Below are positions 22,201 through 33,596 of a DNA stretch of 33,596 nt, piece by piece (positions within the stretch are counted from its first letter, which is position 1; the number at the start of each line of letters is the position of its first letter). The notes beneath the pieces are model-generated. The model searched no databases. It was not told where the DNA came from and saw only the letters and a program-made list of their open reading frames with translations. The translations under genes and the position numbers were made by a program. Source of the DNA: Basidiobolus ranarum (taxonomy: Eukaryota); assembly GCA_040143965.1 (NCBI GenBank), contig JASJQH010006948.1, forward strand, positions 1 to 33,596, read 5' to 3'.

Positions 22201-23275
22201 TAGCTTCACTTTCACCATCGTTAAGGAAACTCTTTCCACTCTCGGTGACGCCATAGTCGCATTCGCTTTGGATACTGTTCAACGAAGAGGTGCTAGGTTG
22301 CATCACATCTAGTAAGCATTTATCGATCAGGTTGTCATCATTAGTTTGGTCTCTCAAACTCAATTCAGTTTCTTCCAGTTTTACTGTATCTGTCGGAATA
22401 CCATTCAAGTCTTTTTGTTGACAACCATTATCATCACACAACGCGTCTTCTAGAATTTCCATTAATGCATCGTGAGCATTTTCAGATGTTAAGGTGTTCT
22501 TCACGTTATTATCATTCGAGAAAGAAGTGGCTACTTGTCGAATGGAAGAGTCTATAACTCCGTTTGGGACAGCTTCAAAAAGTTTGGGATGTTCTGATAC
22601 TAATATGGGCTCCTTCAAATCAACGGTTAAATCAGAAGGTAACGTATCTTCAAATTTGAGGTTGACATCTACCACCTCAGTTTTAACTTGATCATCGTTT
22701 GGGGTAGTAGGGAGAAATCCACAAGTTAATAAGCAATCCTCAAAATCCCGTTCGGTTAACTCCAAATATTCCTCTGCCAAGTCACTTAATATTTTTGTAT
22801 AGCTATACTCAAAATATTCATCGTATAGTTGTTCATCAGTATCCGAGTCGGAGGAAGATTCTAGAAAATAGCAAACTGCTCCGGCTGAAGTAGCAGCACG
22901 ACGTGTAGTACTTGTCACTTCTGTTGTAAGGAAACGCTCTGAACGTAAAGAAGCACTACTAGCGACAAAAGTAGTGGAACACTCCTGACAAAGTGGAATC
23001 TTTCCGATAAACTGTATCCAACTGTTTTTAGAACAACAGTCACATACACCTGGTTCAAGTTCACTTCTTGAAAAGGTAGTTTTCACCAGTTTTTTTCGCT
23101 CCATTTTCTCTTCATATTTACTTGTTGAAAGTGTGAGCCAAGTATTTTGGGGGGATACTTTGACAACACATTCGATACATATTTCAAGTTCATCTAGAGG
23201 CCCTCGTTTTTCGGAATAAATGAGAAGTGCACATGCCTCACAAGGAGAAGTATCAAGTTTAGGGGTTTCATTCAT
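16271..23275 (-). CDS. Large chromatin-reader-fused DNA amino-methyltransferase (N6A/N4C type, MetB-like), ~22 exons
   Basis: Exon 1 (23275-20509) has AT-hooks (PRKRGRPRK, PRKRGRPRK, KRPRGRPRK) and two Tudor/chromo-barrel repeats (IHYDDWEDSFDEW, IHYEGWPSTHDEW). Later exons give a ZZ finger (CNQC...CTYC...DLCLWC...HQH), an ePHD, a second ZZ, a GATA-type finger (CSYCSSTTSSVWRKGFNGVLMCGDC), then an MTase with WATH, SNFLGRGTD (SAM motif), DINP and SHPPY (17853-17867). Stop at 16271. Confidence 0.88.
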
Positions 23276-24876
23276 TATAATCAAAGAGTGTTAGATTTTG
23301 GCCTCAATAAAGTATTCTCTATAGAGGTAATAAGGGAGACGATTCTTACCACGAGATAATAAAGGATAACGTGGATGGTTAAATATCATCTTACCGAGTA
23401 TGAAAAATAGCCGGGGATACTTTTGTTTGGATAGGGTAATTCTAGCAGTCACACATCTCGTAAATTTGTTTTGGATTTTTCATTAAGATAAGGCACGTCA
23501 CTAAAGCGCGACTATATGGCTATTTCCACTCTCTTTTTGAACACCATCACCAAGAATCTTTTTATCTTCATATGAGTCTCTTGTACTCCATAGAGTTACC
23601 CATTACTACCACCAAGACCTGATGTCAAACGCTAACCATGTGCTCTTATTAGAGGTATCTAGATTAGTCAAGTCCTAATTAATTCGCCTATCTTTTCACT
23701 TGTATATATTTTAAAGAATCTTTTTAAGCATAGTTCAAGCTTTCAGAACTTCCACGACTACTGTGAGAGATATTTTGGTCCATATCACTTGGTCTCAATA
23801 TGAGACATCCTGGAAATGGCATTGGCTGAACCTCAATGATTAGTGGAGGTGTGACATTTATGCTTAACTGAGCCAATCATAGAGATGTGCTAAGCCACGG
23901 TTTAATATCTCAGGCACATGGGTTAATTTCACAAGTAGAAATCGCCTTACGCTTGAGAGATTCTATCTGATGTCACGAATCTCACCTCAAAAGAAACTAC
24001 GTACTCAAACAGGTATTAGATTTCCCAGATTCGATAATATCAAACCATGCTATCGGAAAGAAAATTGAATTTTAAATATGGAAAGTACTACTAAATCCTG
24101 CAATATGATGAAAATTTCAATCTCTAGGATTTTACTGCTGGAACTAATTGGGAAAAGCAAAACCAGAGAAATACTTGCATAAAAAGGGGGGCTTCTCTAC
24201 TTATTCTAAATTGAAATCAAGTATATTTATAAATGTTAGAATGCTCGTGGGCTCCATCTTTTTGTTGAAAATACTACTCCTTTATTCATTGTAACCTATT
24301 TGAAGCAATACTTGGAATTACCTTTTAGAATATCTAAAGGTTTGCTTCTCTCACCAGCTAACATTTGCTGGTAATGAGATCCACGAAACTAACAGTCTAT
24401 GTAAATAAATCACATCAATTACTGAGAATTATGTTCTACATTGGCTATTTCCAATATATTATGCCAACAATGGATAAAGTAAATGGACACTAAAACCAAT
24501 TTACATACTTCTTAATGGCAGGACATTATGCGGAGATGCACCAATAACACTAGAACAATGAGAATACTAGTATGCAAGTCTCTTTTTGCGATATAGTCAT
24601 TAACCGGATTCCCACGTAAAAGAATCCTAAGTTAAGCAATATTTTACGTAGATCTCAAGTGGTGAATATCTCATCTCTAACAGGTTAACACTTGGAATAG
24701 CTGTCGCTTTTATGGTAATTTGCCAATCAAAAGGTGATTAATATGGAGTCATAATGTATCTATTTCACTAATCATGAGTCATAGATGATCCGTATTTAGA
24801 AAGTGATCACAAGTAGAGCGAACAAATAGCGCCCAGTATAGCTAGTGTACATGGAATAAGGGGATGTTAAACTAGT

Positions 24877-26030
24877 CTATAATTTAGGTTCAACTGGATC
24901 AACGACACATTGACATCCATCTTCTACGATATCAAGTAGTTTAACAATAGTGTCAATACCACCATCAGGTTGACGAGCAAATATGGCCTGTGCATCGGCA
25001 GCGATCTTGTCAAAATTGTGTGTAGCTAAGGCAAGCATAGTGGGACCAGCTCCACTTAAACAAATCCCTACGAGGCCAGGGTGGGAGGATGGTGTTATGG
25101 TGGAGATGATTTCTGGAAGACCGGGAATCTTTGTAATAAAATATTAATTCACTTGAACATTATCGCAATATGTATCTTAGGTTACTCACCAGATGTTTAC
25201 GATATGGCTGATGTAGTTTATCTTGCATCGCTTCGTAGATCGTTTCCGCGTTTGGAGGAGATTGTCCTAAGGCGGTAGTGAGGATAGCCAGTCGTTGAAG
25301 GTTATGAATCTGTTCGGTCGCAAATTTTGAAGAGAATGACAATCAATAACTAGAAAAATACATGTATTCAAAATGAATTAAATCAACTTACAACATCGCT
25401 TTTGACATATTCTTGGGGTAAAACCTTGCGGGCTAACTCGGTAGACAGTTCGAATTGTGGAATAATGGCGATGGCCTTAATTTCTTGGGCCCAACCTAAA
25501 CGGACGTATGATCCTACACCCACAGGTGGTTCCTTGGTGAGTGAAGGTGCAGGGTTGCGTAGATATCCTGCCACAAAACCACCCATAAGAGCGGCGACAA
25601 CGTTATCTGGATGACTTTCTATTTGAAGAATAAAGTCCAGTTGTCGATCTTTAGACAGATTTAGGTTTCCAACAAAGTTGGCTAGAGCAACCCCAGCTAC
25701 GATGGCAGAACCAGAAGAACCCAATCCTCGACCCAAAGGAATTGGGTTGTTGATATGGATCGACATCCTGGCTGGGAATGTCTTATCAAAGCAAGAAAGT
25801 ACATATATAGCAGTCTTGGTAACGAGATTAACCTCAGGATCCAAAGTCATGTTTTCCTCTCCATCTCCTTCATAGGTAATCCTGACTAAATCTGACTCCA
25901 AATCTGATGGATAAACTGTGACCTCTACTGTTAAATACAGAGATAACGCAAGTCCTAACACGTCAAAACCTGGACCAATATTAGCAGAGGTGCAAGGAAC
26001 AGTAATTCTAGCATAAGAAGACTGAGTCAT
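24877..26030 (-). CDS. THR1: Homoserine kinase (GHMP family), 336 aa, 3 exons
   Basis: Exons 26030-25392, 25309-25190, 25128-24877. Motifs VPCTSANIGPGFDVLG, PLGRGLGSSGSA, ESHPDN, MQDKLHQPYR and LSGAGPT. Confidence 0.96.
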
Positions 26031-26611
26031 ATTTCCACTATCGAGTAAAACAGCAAGTAAAATTCAACGACCTCTCTGTCTCTCTAGGGATAGGCAGATA
26101 GTTTTATACTCCTAGGCTAAAATTCGGGAACTGAAAATCTGATAGGAAAGTAAAATCTGATTTTGGTCACACCTCAAACTTCTATTTAAATTGAAACTAT
26201 ATTGACCAATTTTGGCTCATTTTGACAAATATCATCACGCATATAAACGAGCAAGTTTTTACTAAAGCAGTTTGCACTACGAAGAAAACTAGGCAGTTGT
26301 TGAGCGAACATTCTGATTTTAGGACGGATAAGTAATTCATTTGGTTTATCTATTTCACTCTAGTTTACTCACAAATAAAATCAGTTAGCGACATATAAGG
26401 AAAGTGGCGAGTTGATTGAAATGAATCATAAGATCTTGATAAAAATATGCTGCGATGAATTCATTATAAAAATTGAATGCGATTTCTCCAGTAATCTAAA
26501 AAATCAATAGAAATTGCCAATCAAACGCTCTTGGGTAATAATGAGTGGATAAAAAAAAAACGGACTTAATGTTCAAGTGTGCTTCCTCCGGCAAGACTCA
26601 CCTCATTCACT

Positions 26612-29600
26612 ATGTCTGCTCCACCTACGGCAAACGATACTGAACCCAAGAAGGTATTTCCTCACATTTATCTTGATCTTTTGATGTTTAACAATTACCA
26701 ACTCTTTCTTAACCGATCTGTAGACCTTGAAGAGGGATGTTCTTCGTTCCCTTGAAAGAAAGGCCCAGAAATTGTGGGATGGCAGACGCTCTTTTGAGGT
26801 GAATGCTCCTACCATTCAAGAAGAGCCTGATCTCGATATAGATGCCCTTCATAAGAAATATCCCAAGTTTTTCGCTACTTTCCCCTACCCATATATGAAT
26901 GGTCGTCTCCATTTGGGACACACCTTCACTTTTACCAAAGTTGAATTCGCTACTGGATATGAACGTTTGAAGGGACGCAGAGCTCTTTTCCCATTCGGCT
27001 TCCATTGTACTGGTATGCCCATTAAGGTAATTATTAGTTTAAGCTGAACATATCGCAACTTTTACTAAGTATGTTTATATATACTTAAAGGCTTGTGCTG
27101 ATAAACTTGCTCGCGAAATTGAGCAATTTGGTCCAAACTTTATTATTCCTGAAGGTAACTACTTAATAACAATTTAACGTGAGAGAGCATAATGTACTCA
27201 AGCTATTTGCATCTAGCACCTGAAGCGATTGAAACTGAAGTTCAAAACCTCACCTTGAAGGATGAGACAGTTGCTGTTAAGAAAGTAAGTTTGCTAGTGT
27301 ATTGCTTTTCCCCCTGTATTCCTTATATTAACTGCGTTCCGAACATAGCCAGGAAAGGTTGCTGCCAAATCAACTGGTGCTAAATATCAACATCAAATTA
27401 TGAGATCCAATGGTGTTCCTGATGAGGATATTGCCAAATTCGCTGATCCTATGCACTGGCTCTCTTACTTCCCTCCTCTTGCTATTGAGGATGTTAAGGC
27501 TCTAGGTTGTAAGGTTGACTGGCGTCGCTCATTTATTACTACCGATGCCAATCCATTCTACGATTCCTTCGCTAGATGGCAATTCAACAAACTCAAGCAG
27601 CTCCAAAAGGTGAAGTTCGGTGAACGTTACACTATTTACTCGCCTCTCGATGGACAGCCTTGTATGGATCACGATCGTGCTAGTGGTGAAGGTGTTGGTC
27701 CTCAAGAATACACTGGTATTAAGATGCGTGTGTTGGAATTCAGTGAGGGAGGTAAAGAATACGTCAAATCCGTTCCTGCTCTGGAGGGTAAAAATATCTT
27801 CTTGGTTGCTGCCACTTTGAGAGCTGAGACTATGTACGGTCAAACCAATTGCTTTGTTGGTACTGGACTTGAATATGGTTTCTTTGAGGTCAACGATACC
27901 GATGTTTTCGTTGTGACCGAACGTGCTGCTCGTAACATGTGCTTCCAAGGTTTCTCCAAGGAAAAGGGTGTCCATGTTAAACTCGGCTCTATCAAGGGTG
28001 ATCAATTGATTGGAACCAAGGTCAAGGCTCCATTATCTGTTTATGACCATGTGTACGTTCTTCCTATGGAGAATGTTTTGGCCACTAAAGGTACTGGTGT
28101 GGTAACCTCAGTACCCTCTGACTCTCCTGATGATTATGCTGCTTTACAAGATCTTATCAAGAAGCCTGCCTATTATAAGATTGAATCTTCCTGGGTCGAG
28201 CCATTTGCACCTATTCCAATTATTGAGACTCCTAACTTTGGTAACATGTGTGCCCCTACTATCTGTAAACAGAAGAAGATTAACAGTCAGAAGGATAAGG
28301 TTCAACTTGCTGAAGCTAAGGAAATCGCTTACAAAGAAGGTTTCTATAGTGGTGTAATGTTGATTGGTGAATACAAGGGTCGTCCTGTACAACAAGCTAA
28401 AACTCTTATTAGAGATTACCTCATTTCTCAAGGCGAAGGTTTCATCTATAACGAGCCTGAAGGTTTGGTTATTTCTCGCTCCGGTGATGAATGTATCGTA
28501 AACTTGTGCGACCAGTGGTATTTGGATTATGGAGAGGATAACTGGAAGGCCCAGGCCGAGGAGTGTCTTGAACAAATGAACACTTATTGTGACGAAACTC
28601 GTAACCTATTCGAAAAGACTCTTGACTGGCTCAACAAATGGGCTTGTGCTCGTTCATTCGGTCTTGGCTCCAAACTTCCTTGGGATGAACAATTCTTGAT
28701 TGAATCCCTTTCTGATTCAACCATTTATATGGCTTATTACACTGTAGCCCATATGTTGCATAATGGCTCCCTCAATGGTTCTGAACTCGGTCCTGCTCAA
28801 ATCCGTCCTGAGCAACTTACTGACTCTGTCTGGGACTACCTTTTCTGTGATGGTTCTCTTCCTACTAATACCGAGATTGCTGAAGATACCTTGAAGTCTT
28901 TGAAACGTGAATTCGATTACTTCTATCCCTTGGATCTTCGTGTTTCTGGAAAGGATCTTGTTCCTAACCATCTTACCTTCGCCATTTACAACCATGTTGC
29001 CATTTTCCCCAAGCGCAACTGGCCTAGAGGTATTAGAGCCAATGGTCATTTGTTGTTGAACAGAGAGAAGATGGCCAAGAGTACCGGTAACTTCCTTACC
29101 TTGACTGATGCTTTGGATAAGTTCGGTGCCGATGCTACTCGTCTTGCCTTAGCTGATGCAGGTGATAGTGTAGAAGATGCCAACTTTGAAGAAGCTACTG
29201 CCAACGCTGCCATTCTCAGACTTCATACCTTAATGGAGTGGATCGAGGAAATGGTTGCCAAGGCAGATGAGCTCCGCACTGGTCCTATGGACTCTTTCCA
29301 TGATCGTGTTTTCAACGCTGAGATGAACAAGCTTGTAAATCTCGCTGATGTAGCCTACTCCAACATGATGTTCCGTGAAGCTTTGAAGAATGGCTTCTAT
29401 GAATTCCAAACTGCTCGTGATTGGTATCGTGAGGCTACTGCTAATGAGGGTATGCACCGTGATTTGGTCTTGAGATTCGTTGAACTCCAAACACTTCTCC
29501 TATCCCCCATTACTCCCCATTGGTCAGAACATATCTGGACTGATGTTTTGAAGAAGCCTCAGCCCATTGTCGAATCATCCTGGCCCGAGATTTCAGCAGA

Positions 29601-30141
29601 AAATGATGAACCTATCCTCATGGCTGCTGACTACATTCGTAAGCTTATCAAGACTGTTCGTGACAATGAGATCGCTCTTAACAAAAAGAAGGGTAAGAAG
29701 GCCAAGAACGCTGATGCCTATGATCCTAGCAAGCCAAAACTCCTAAAGATCTTCGTCGCCTCGAAGTTCCCTGAATGGCAGGAGGCCGGTATCACAATCC
29801 TTCAAGAAGCTTACAACACCGAGACCGCTAGTGTCGATGATGCCATGGTTAAACAAACCTTGGCCAAGCAAGGCTTACTAAAGGATAAGAAGATGATGCC
29901 ATTTATTCAAGAGATCAAGAAGAGAGTCTTGAACTTCGGTCCTCAAGCTTTCAACCGTACTCTGTTGTTCAAGGAGTTCGATACCTTGACTGCTGTTCAA
30001 GAGCATCTCAAGAAGTCCCTTGGATTCAATCAAGTTGCTGTTATCAACACTGATGATCATACCGAAGAGGCTGATCAAAGGGCAATCGAATCTTCAGTAC
30101 CTGGTGAGCCATCATTTGCTTTCTGTAACATTGAAGCTTAA
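26612..30141 (+). CDS. CDC60: Cytosolic leucyl-tRNA synthetase, ~1089 aa, 5 exons
   Basis: Exons 26612-26653, 26724-27026, 27091-27154, 27217-27284, 27349-30141. [13 protein letters not shown] (HIGH), CP1 editing motifs ATLRAET and [29 protein letters not shown]. Confidence 0.97.
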
Positions 30142-30425
30142 ATATGTACCACACTGTAGCCACCATTCGTTCAACCTAAAATCCATTTTAGATTCCCTGT
30201 CACTTTTTCATTAGTTTCCTTTAACTAAGATAATAAATTCGAATTCCATTTATTTTGACGTAATGAATAGTTTGTGCCCTTCTGAACGCTAATTGGGTTG
30301 CAAGATTACATAATTTATCCCATCCAATCATTTGTGAGAGTTGAATTCTCATTTTTACATTATATATCTCAAGAATATTGTCATCTTAAGGTGAAGAAGA
30401 CGAGACACCAAGTTTACTACTTCAA

Positions 30426-31228
30426 ATGAGCAGTAGGTATTCCCATATATACCTACAGAGCCGCATTCTAAACTTCCTCTTTTCTAATTAGATCAGGAAC
30501 AAGTTAACCAGTACTTTCGACAAGTAGATACGTAAGTTATATTATTGTGGTAGTGACATTTCAAAAAGCAGACAAGGTAGCTTACATTCTATTTCCTCCC
30601 GAAACATAACATAGTGATGGAAGCGGGGAGATCTCAGCCGATGAGCTTCAGAAAGCGTTGCTCAATGGTAAGCTAATATTGGATTCAACATGCTCTCCAT
30701 ACCGTCTCACTAAAGAAATTTCAAAGGTGATTGGAGCCGATTCGATATTTCCACTGTCAAACTTATGATTGATATGTTTGATAAAGATGATACGGGAACC
30801 ATTGGACTCAATGAATTCTTTGGTCTATGGCAATATATTGGTGATTGGCAAAAATGCTTTGTAAACTTTGATGCCAATAGAAATGGTTCTATCGAAGTGA
30901 GTGAACTTCAAAATGCTTTACGTACCTTTGGATACAACATCTCCATGGGATCAATTCAATCGATCCTGAAGAAATTCCTAAAGCATGGTAATACCATTCT
31001 AATTGTGTCTTCTATTCGATTCAAGCCCACTCATCCTTACATTTAGAATCCAAAGCTTCCAGAGGCTCTCCTCAAGCCACTCAAGTGAACTTTGAGAATT
31101 TCTTAAAGGCTTGTATTACAATCAAAATGATCACCGACTCGTTTAAACAATTCGATACCGATTTAGATGGTCAAGTTAGCATTAATTATGAACAATACAT
31201 TCAGCTGATCACTGCCAACATTCATTAG
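30426..31228 (+). CDS. Penta-EF-hand calcium-binding protein (ALG-2/peflin/Pef1 family), 180 aa, 5 exons
   Basis: Exons 30426-30432, 30492-30531, 30615-30667, 30727-30987, 31047-31228 (543 nt). EF loops DTDGSGEISADE, DKDDTGTIGLNE, DANRNGSIEVSE, DTDLDGQVSINYE, plus the PEF motif LLNGDWSRF. Confidence 0.9.
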
Positions 31229-31295
31229 TATCTATGGCTAATTCATGCATAAATAAATATGCCACTTTCAGAGTTAAACCAGAAAATACTCCATC

Positions 31296-31310
31296 ATTCT
31301 AGAACCTTCT
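31296..31310. promoter_or_regulatory. Heat-shock element (three inverted nGAAn units) upstream of the DnaJ gene
   Basis: ATTCT-AGAAC-CTTCT is a perfect nTTCnnGAAnnTTCn. A second 2-unit site TGAACATTCT lies at 31496-31505, CCAAT at 31411 and TATAAA at 31579-31584. Confidence 0.7.
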
Positions 31311-31685
31311 ACCACTTGGTAGAATTCACTATTTACTGATTCTGCTATATCCATATATGACCGCGATCTCATGGGATTGCTAAATGAAGATGGCTCAACT
31401 AAGTGGTCGTCCAATCAGAACTCGTATATTTTGACGTTGAAGATACGTCAACTAATGGGTGACGTGAGTACTCAGTATATTTGTGGTAGATGTGATGAAC
31501 ATTCTGGTATCTTGTGGTATTTACGATAAAAGCACCAGTAAGAATCCATATTTAGATGACAGTGGAATATTGAAAAGGTATAAAGCATTCGTATAGCTCG
31601 CAGGGTGCAAGCAAGATATTCATTCATTATCTCTCTACATTGTATAATACTACTACTACTTTACTGACTAACTAATTACATATCA

Positions 31686-32753
31686 ATGAACAACAAATAT
31701 TACGACGTTCTCGGAATTCCCAAAGACGCTGATGATGAGGCTATCAAAAAAGCGTATCGCAAAATGGCCTTGAAATGGCATCCCGATCGTAACGTGAACA
31801 ATAAGGAGGCTGCCGATAAGAAATTCAAAGAGATTTCTGAGGCGTATGAAGTTTTGAGTGATAAAAACAAACGTGCTATATACGACCAGTATGGTGAAGA
31901 GGGACTCAAAGGTGGTATGCCCGGTGGTCCAGGCCCTGAAGCTGCAGGTGGTTTTCCTGGTGGTTTTCCAGGCGGTCGTGGTGGAACTACATTTACATTT
32001 ACCAGCGGTGGTCCAGGCGGCGGTAGCGGGTTCCATCCATTTACTCCCAGCAGTGCAGATGATATCTTCTCTCAATTCTTTAGCTTCGGTGGAATGGGCG
32101 GTGGCCAGCGCGGCGGTGGTGGCATGAAAGGGAACCCATTTACGGGAATGAGTGATGACCATGATGGGTTCACTTTTTCCAATTTCCCAGGAGCTGACGG
32201 TGGTATGCCTAAACAACCAAAGCGCAAACCAACTATCCAACGTAATCTTGCTGTCGCACTAGAAGATCTCTACCGTGGAGCCACTAAGCGCCTCAAGGTT
32301 ACCAAGCGACTACTAGACGGTTCAAGCCAAGAAAAAATCCTTACTATTAATGTCAAACCTGGTTGGAAGAAAGGAACCAAAATCCGATTTTCGAATGAAG
32401 GTGATGAACTTCCTGAGGGAGGTGCTCAGGATATAGAATTCATCTTGGACGAAAAACCTCACCCGGTATTCAAACGTGACGCCGAACATCTCATTCTTAA
32501 CCTAAACATAAGCATCAAAGAAGCTTTGGTAGGATTTGAAAAAGAGATCAAATCTCTTGATGGTCGTACTATCAAAATCCGCAACCCTACATCGGTAGTT
32601 CAACCAGGTCAAGAGATGCGTATTTCTGGAGAAGGTATGCCCAAGTCAAAAGAACCTGGTCGCAAGGGAGATCTAATTGTAAAATTCGGCGTCAGCTTCC
32701 CCTCACAATTAACACCTGCTCAAAAGCAGGCAATCAGCAATGCATTTCCTTAG
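31686..32753 (+). CDS. SIS1: Class B Hsp40/DnaJ co-chaperone (Sis1/DNAJB1-type), 355 aa, intronless
   Basis: J-domain with HPD, G/F-rich linker with DIF motif, C-terminal domains ([15 protein letters not shown]...GDLIV), no zinc finger. Confidence 0.93.
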   Translation: MNNKYYDVLGIPKDADDEAIKKAYRKMALKWHPDRNVNNKEAADKKFKEISEAYEVLSDKNKRAIYDQYGEEGLKGGMPGGPGPEAAGGFPGGFPGGRGGTTFTFTSGGPGGGSGFHPFTPSSADDIFSQFFSFGGMGGGQRGGGGMKGNPFTGMSDDHDGFTFSNFPGADGGMPKQPKRKPTIQRNLAVALEDLYRGATKRLKVTKRLLDGSSQEKILTINVKPGWKKGTKIRFSNEGDELPEGGAQDIEFILDEKPHPVFKRDAEHLILNLNISIKEALVGFEKEIKSLDGRTIKIRNPTSVVQPGQEMRISGEGMPKSKEPGRKGDLIVKFGVSFPSQLTPAQKQAISNAFP

Positions 32754-32969
32754 ATGATCACTTTCTGTTCAGTCCTTTGTATTATTTGTTATATTCCTAA
32801 AACACATCACAACCCCTATCTCTTGTATTTTCATGCGATCATTCCACAATAAAATCTTGTAGAATACCATAATAGATTAATCATAATATCATTTCTCTGT
32901 TGAAGTAATATTGGTTATTTCTATCGTTGTATATCTAACTATTTTAACTTAAGTTGGCTATCATTATTT

Positions 32970-33455
32970 AGTCAATATTCATATATATGCAAAATATATT
33001 GTCCGATTTGGTGCTGGGTTGAACCATCGAAGTCAAACTTGAAGTTTCTTCAATTATATGAGATAGCAAGGTATACAAAGATTGGTATAAACATATAATT
33101 TGAAGACTCAAGCATTAGATTCTACACTTGAATTTACCATCAAAATACCTGTTATTATCAGCATGATTATTCCAGCTGTAATGGGAGTCAAAAAAATACA
33201 ATAAACTCTCCTTTCTTCACTTCAATAAATGCAGAATTGTGATCAAGAATTAAAATCCCCTAAATTTTGATGCTTTCCCCTCCCCAAAATACTCACAATG
33301 GCAGAGTTGCATTACATAGTGTACCACTTGAAACAAGTACATTTTGCAAATAAAAAGTTCTATTTCCACTTACCATAATTAACTGATCAATTTGTATGAA
33401 TATCTGCTGTGTATTGAGCCAGAACATCTCCCTGTTTACTGAATAAATGTTCTAA
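32970..33455 (-). pseudogene. Possible decayed intron-containing membrane-protein gene
   Basis: Exon-like blocks next to splice signals (EHLFSKQGDVLAQYTADIHTN*SVNY|GTAAGT; RRVYCIFLTPITAGIIMLIITGILM|GTAAAT; IPCYLI*LKKLQV*LRWFNPAPNRT) are interrupted by stops. Confidence 0.25.
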
Positions 33456-33596
33456 GCCAATATCATAGACTGATGTTTGTGTTGTATTAGCATTGCCTAA
33501 ACATCTATATAGTCATATATAGCTTAGTACTTAGTTATCTTATAATTCACTAAGATATTATCAATTATTCTCAATCGGAATTTACTTAGAATATTT

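Noticed and set aside
27529-30078. Several antisense ORFs within LeuRS (likewise within RPS14, THR1, DnaJ, the C2H2 gene and MTase exon 1)
   Set aside because: Shadow ORFs produced by codon bias of the sense genes; no protein motifs.
1-33596. CRISPR arrays, tRNA/rRNA genes, transposase or reverse transcriptase ORFs, long terminal repeats
   Set aside because: None seen by eye; short or degenerate elements could have been missed without a search.

Overview
Gene-dense, AT-rich eukaryotic DNA with many short (about 45-125 nt) GT-AG introns and CTRAC-type branch points. The gene content (SWEET transporter, WDR25, AA11-type LPMO, chromatin-reader-fused N6-adenine-type methyltransferase) suggests an early-diverging, non-Dikarya fungus; this is inference. 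Thirteen intact protein-coding genes could be reconstructed by hand: RPS14, a secreted AA11-like LPMO, a C2H2 transcription factor, a TDA10/glycerate-kinase-like P-loop kinase, SWEET, a kinase-less protein with two CRIB motifs, an orphan multi-pass membrane protein, WDR25, a ~22-exon AT-hook/Tudor-chromo/ZZ/ePHD/GATA DNA amino-methyltransferase (MetB-like), homoserine kinase, cytosolic LeuRS, a penta-EF-hand protein and Sis1-type DnaJ. There are also a few decayed gene fragments. The ORF track misses the most notable feature: a spliced, apparently non-coding minus-strand transcript at ~15480-16060. Each of its two introns carries a paralogous box C/D snoRNA with the same 11-nt guide for the LSU rRNA site equivalent to yeast Gm867 (snR50). 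Its promoter shares a 10-nt motif with the RPS14 promoter. All exon models and rRNA/snRNA pairings come from reading by eye and recalled reference sequences; no searches were run.
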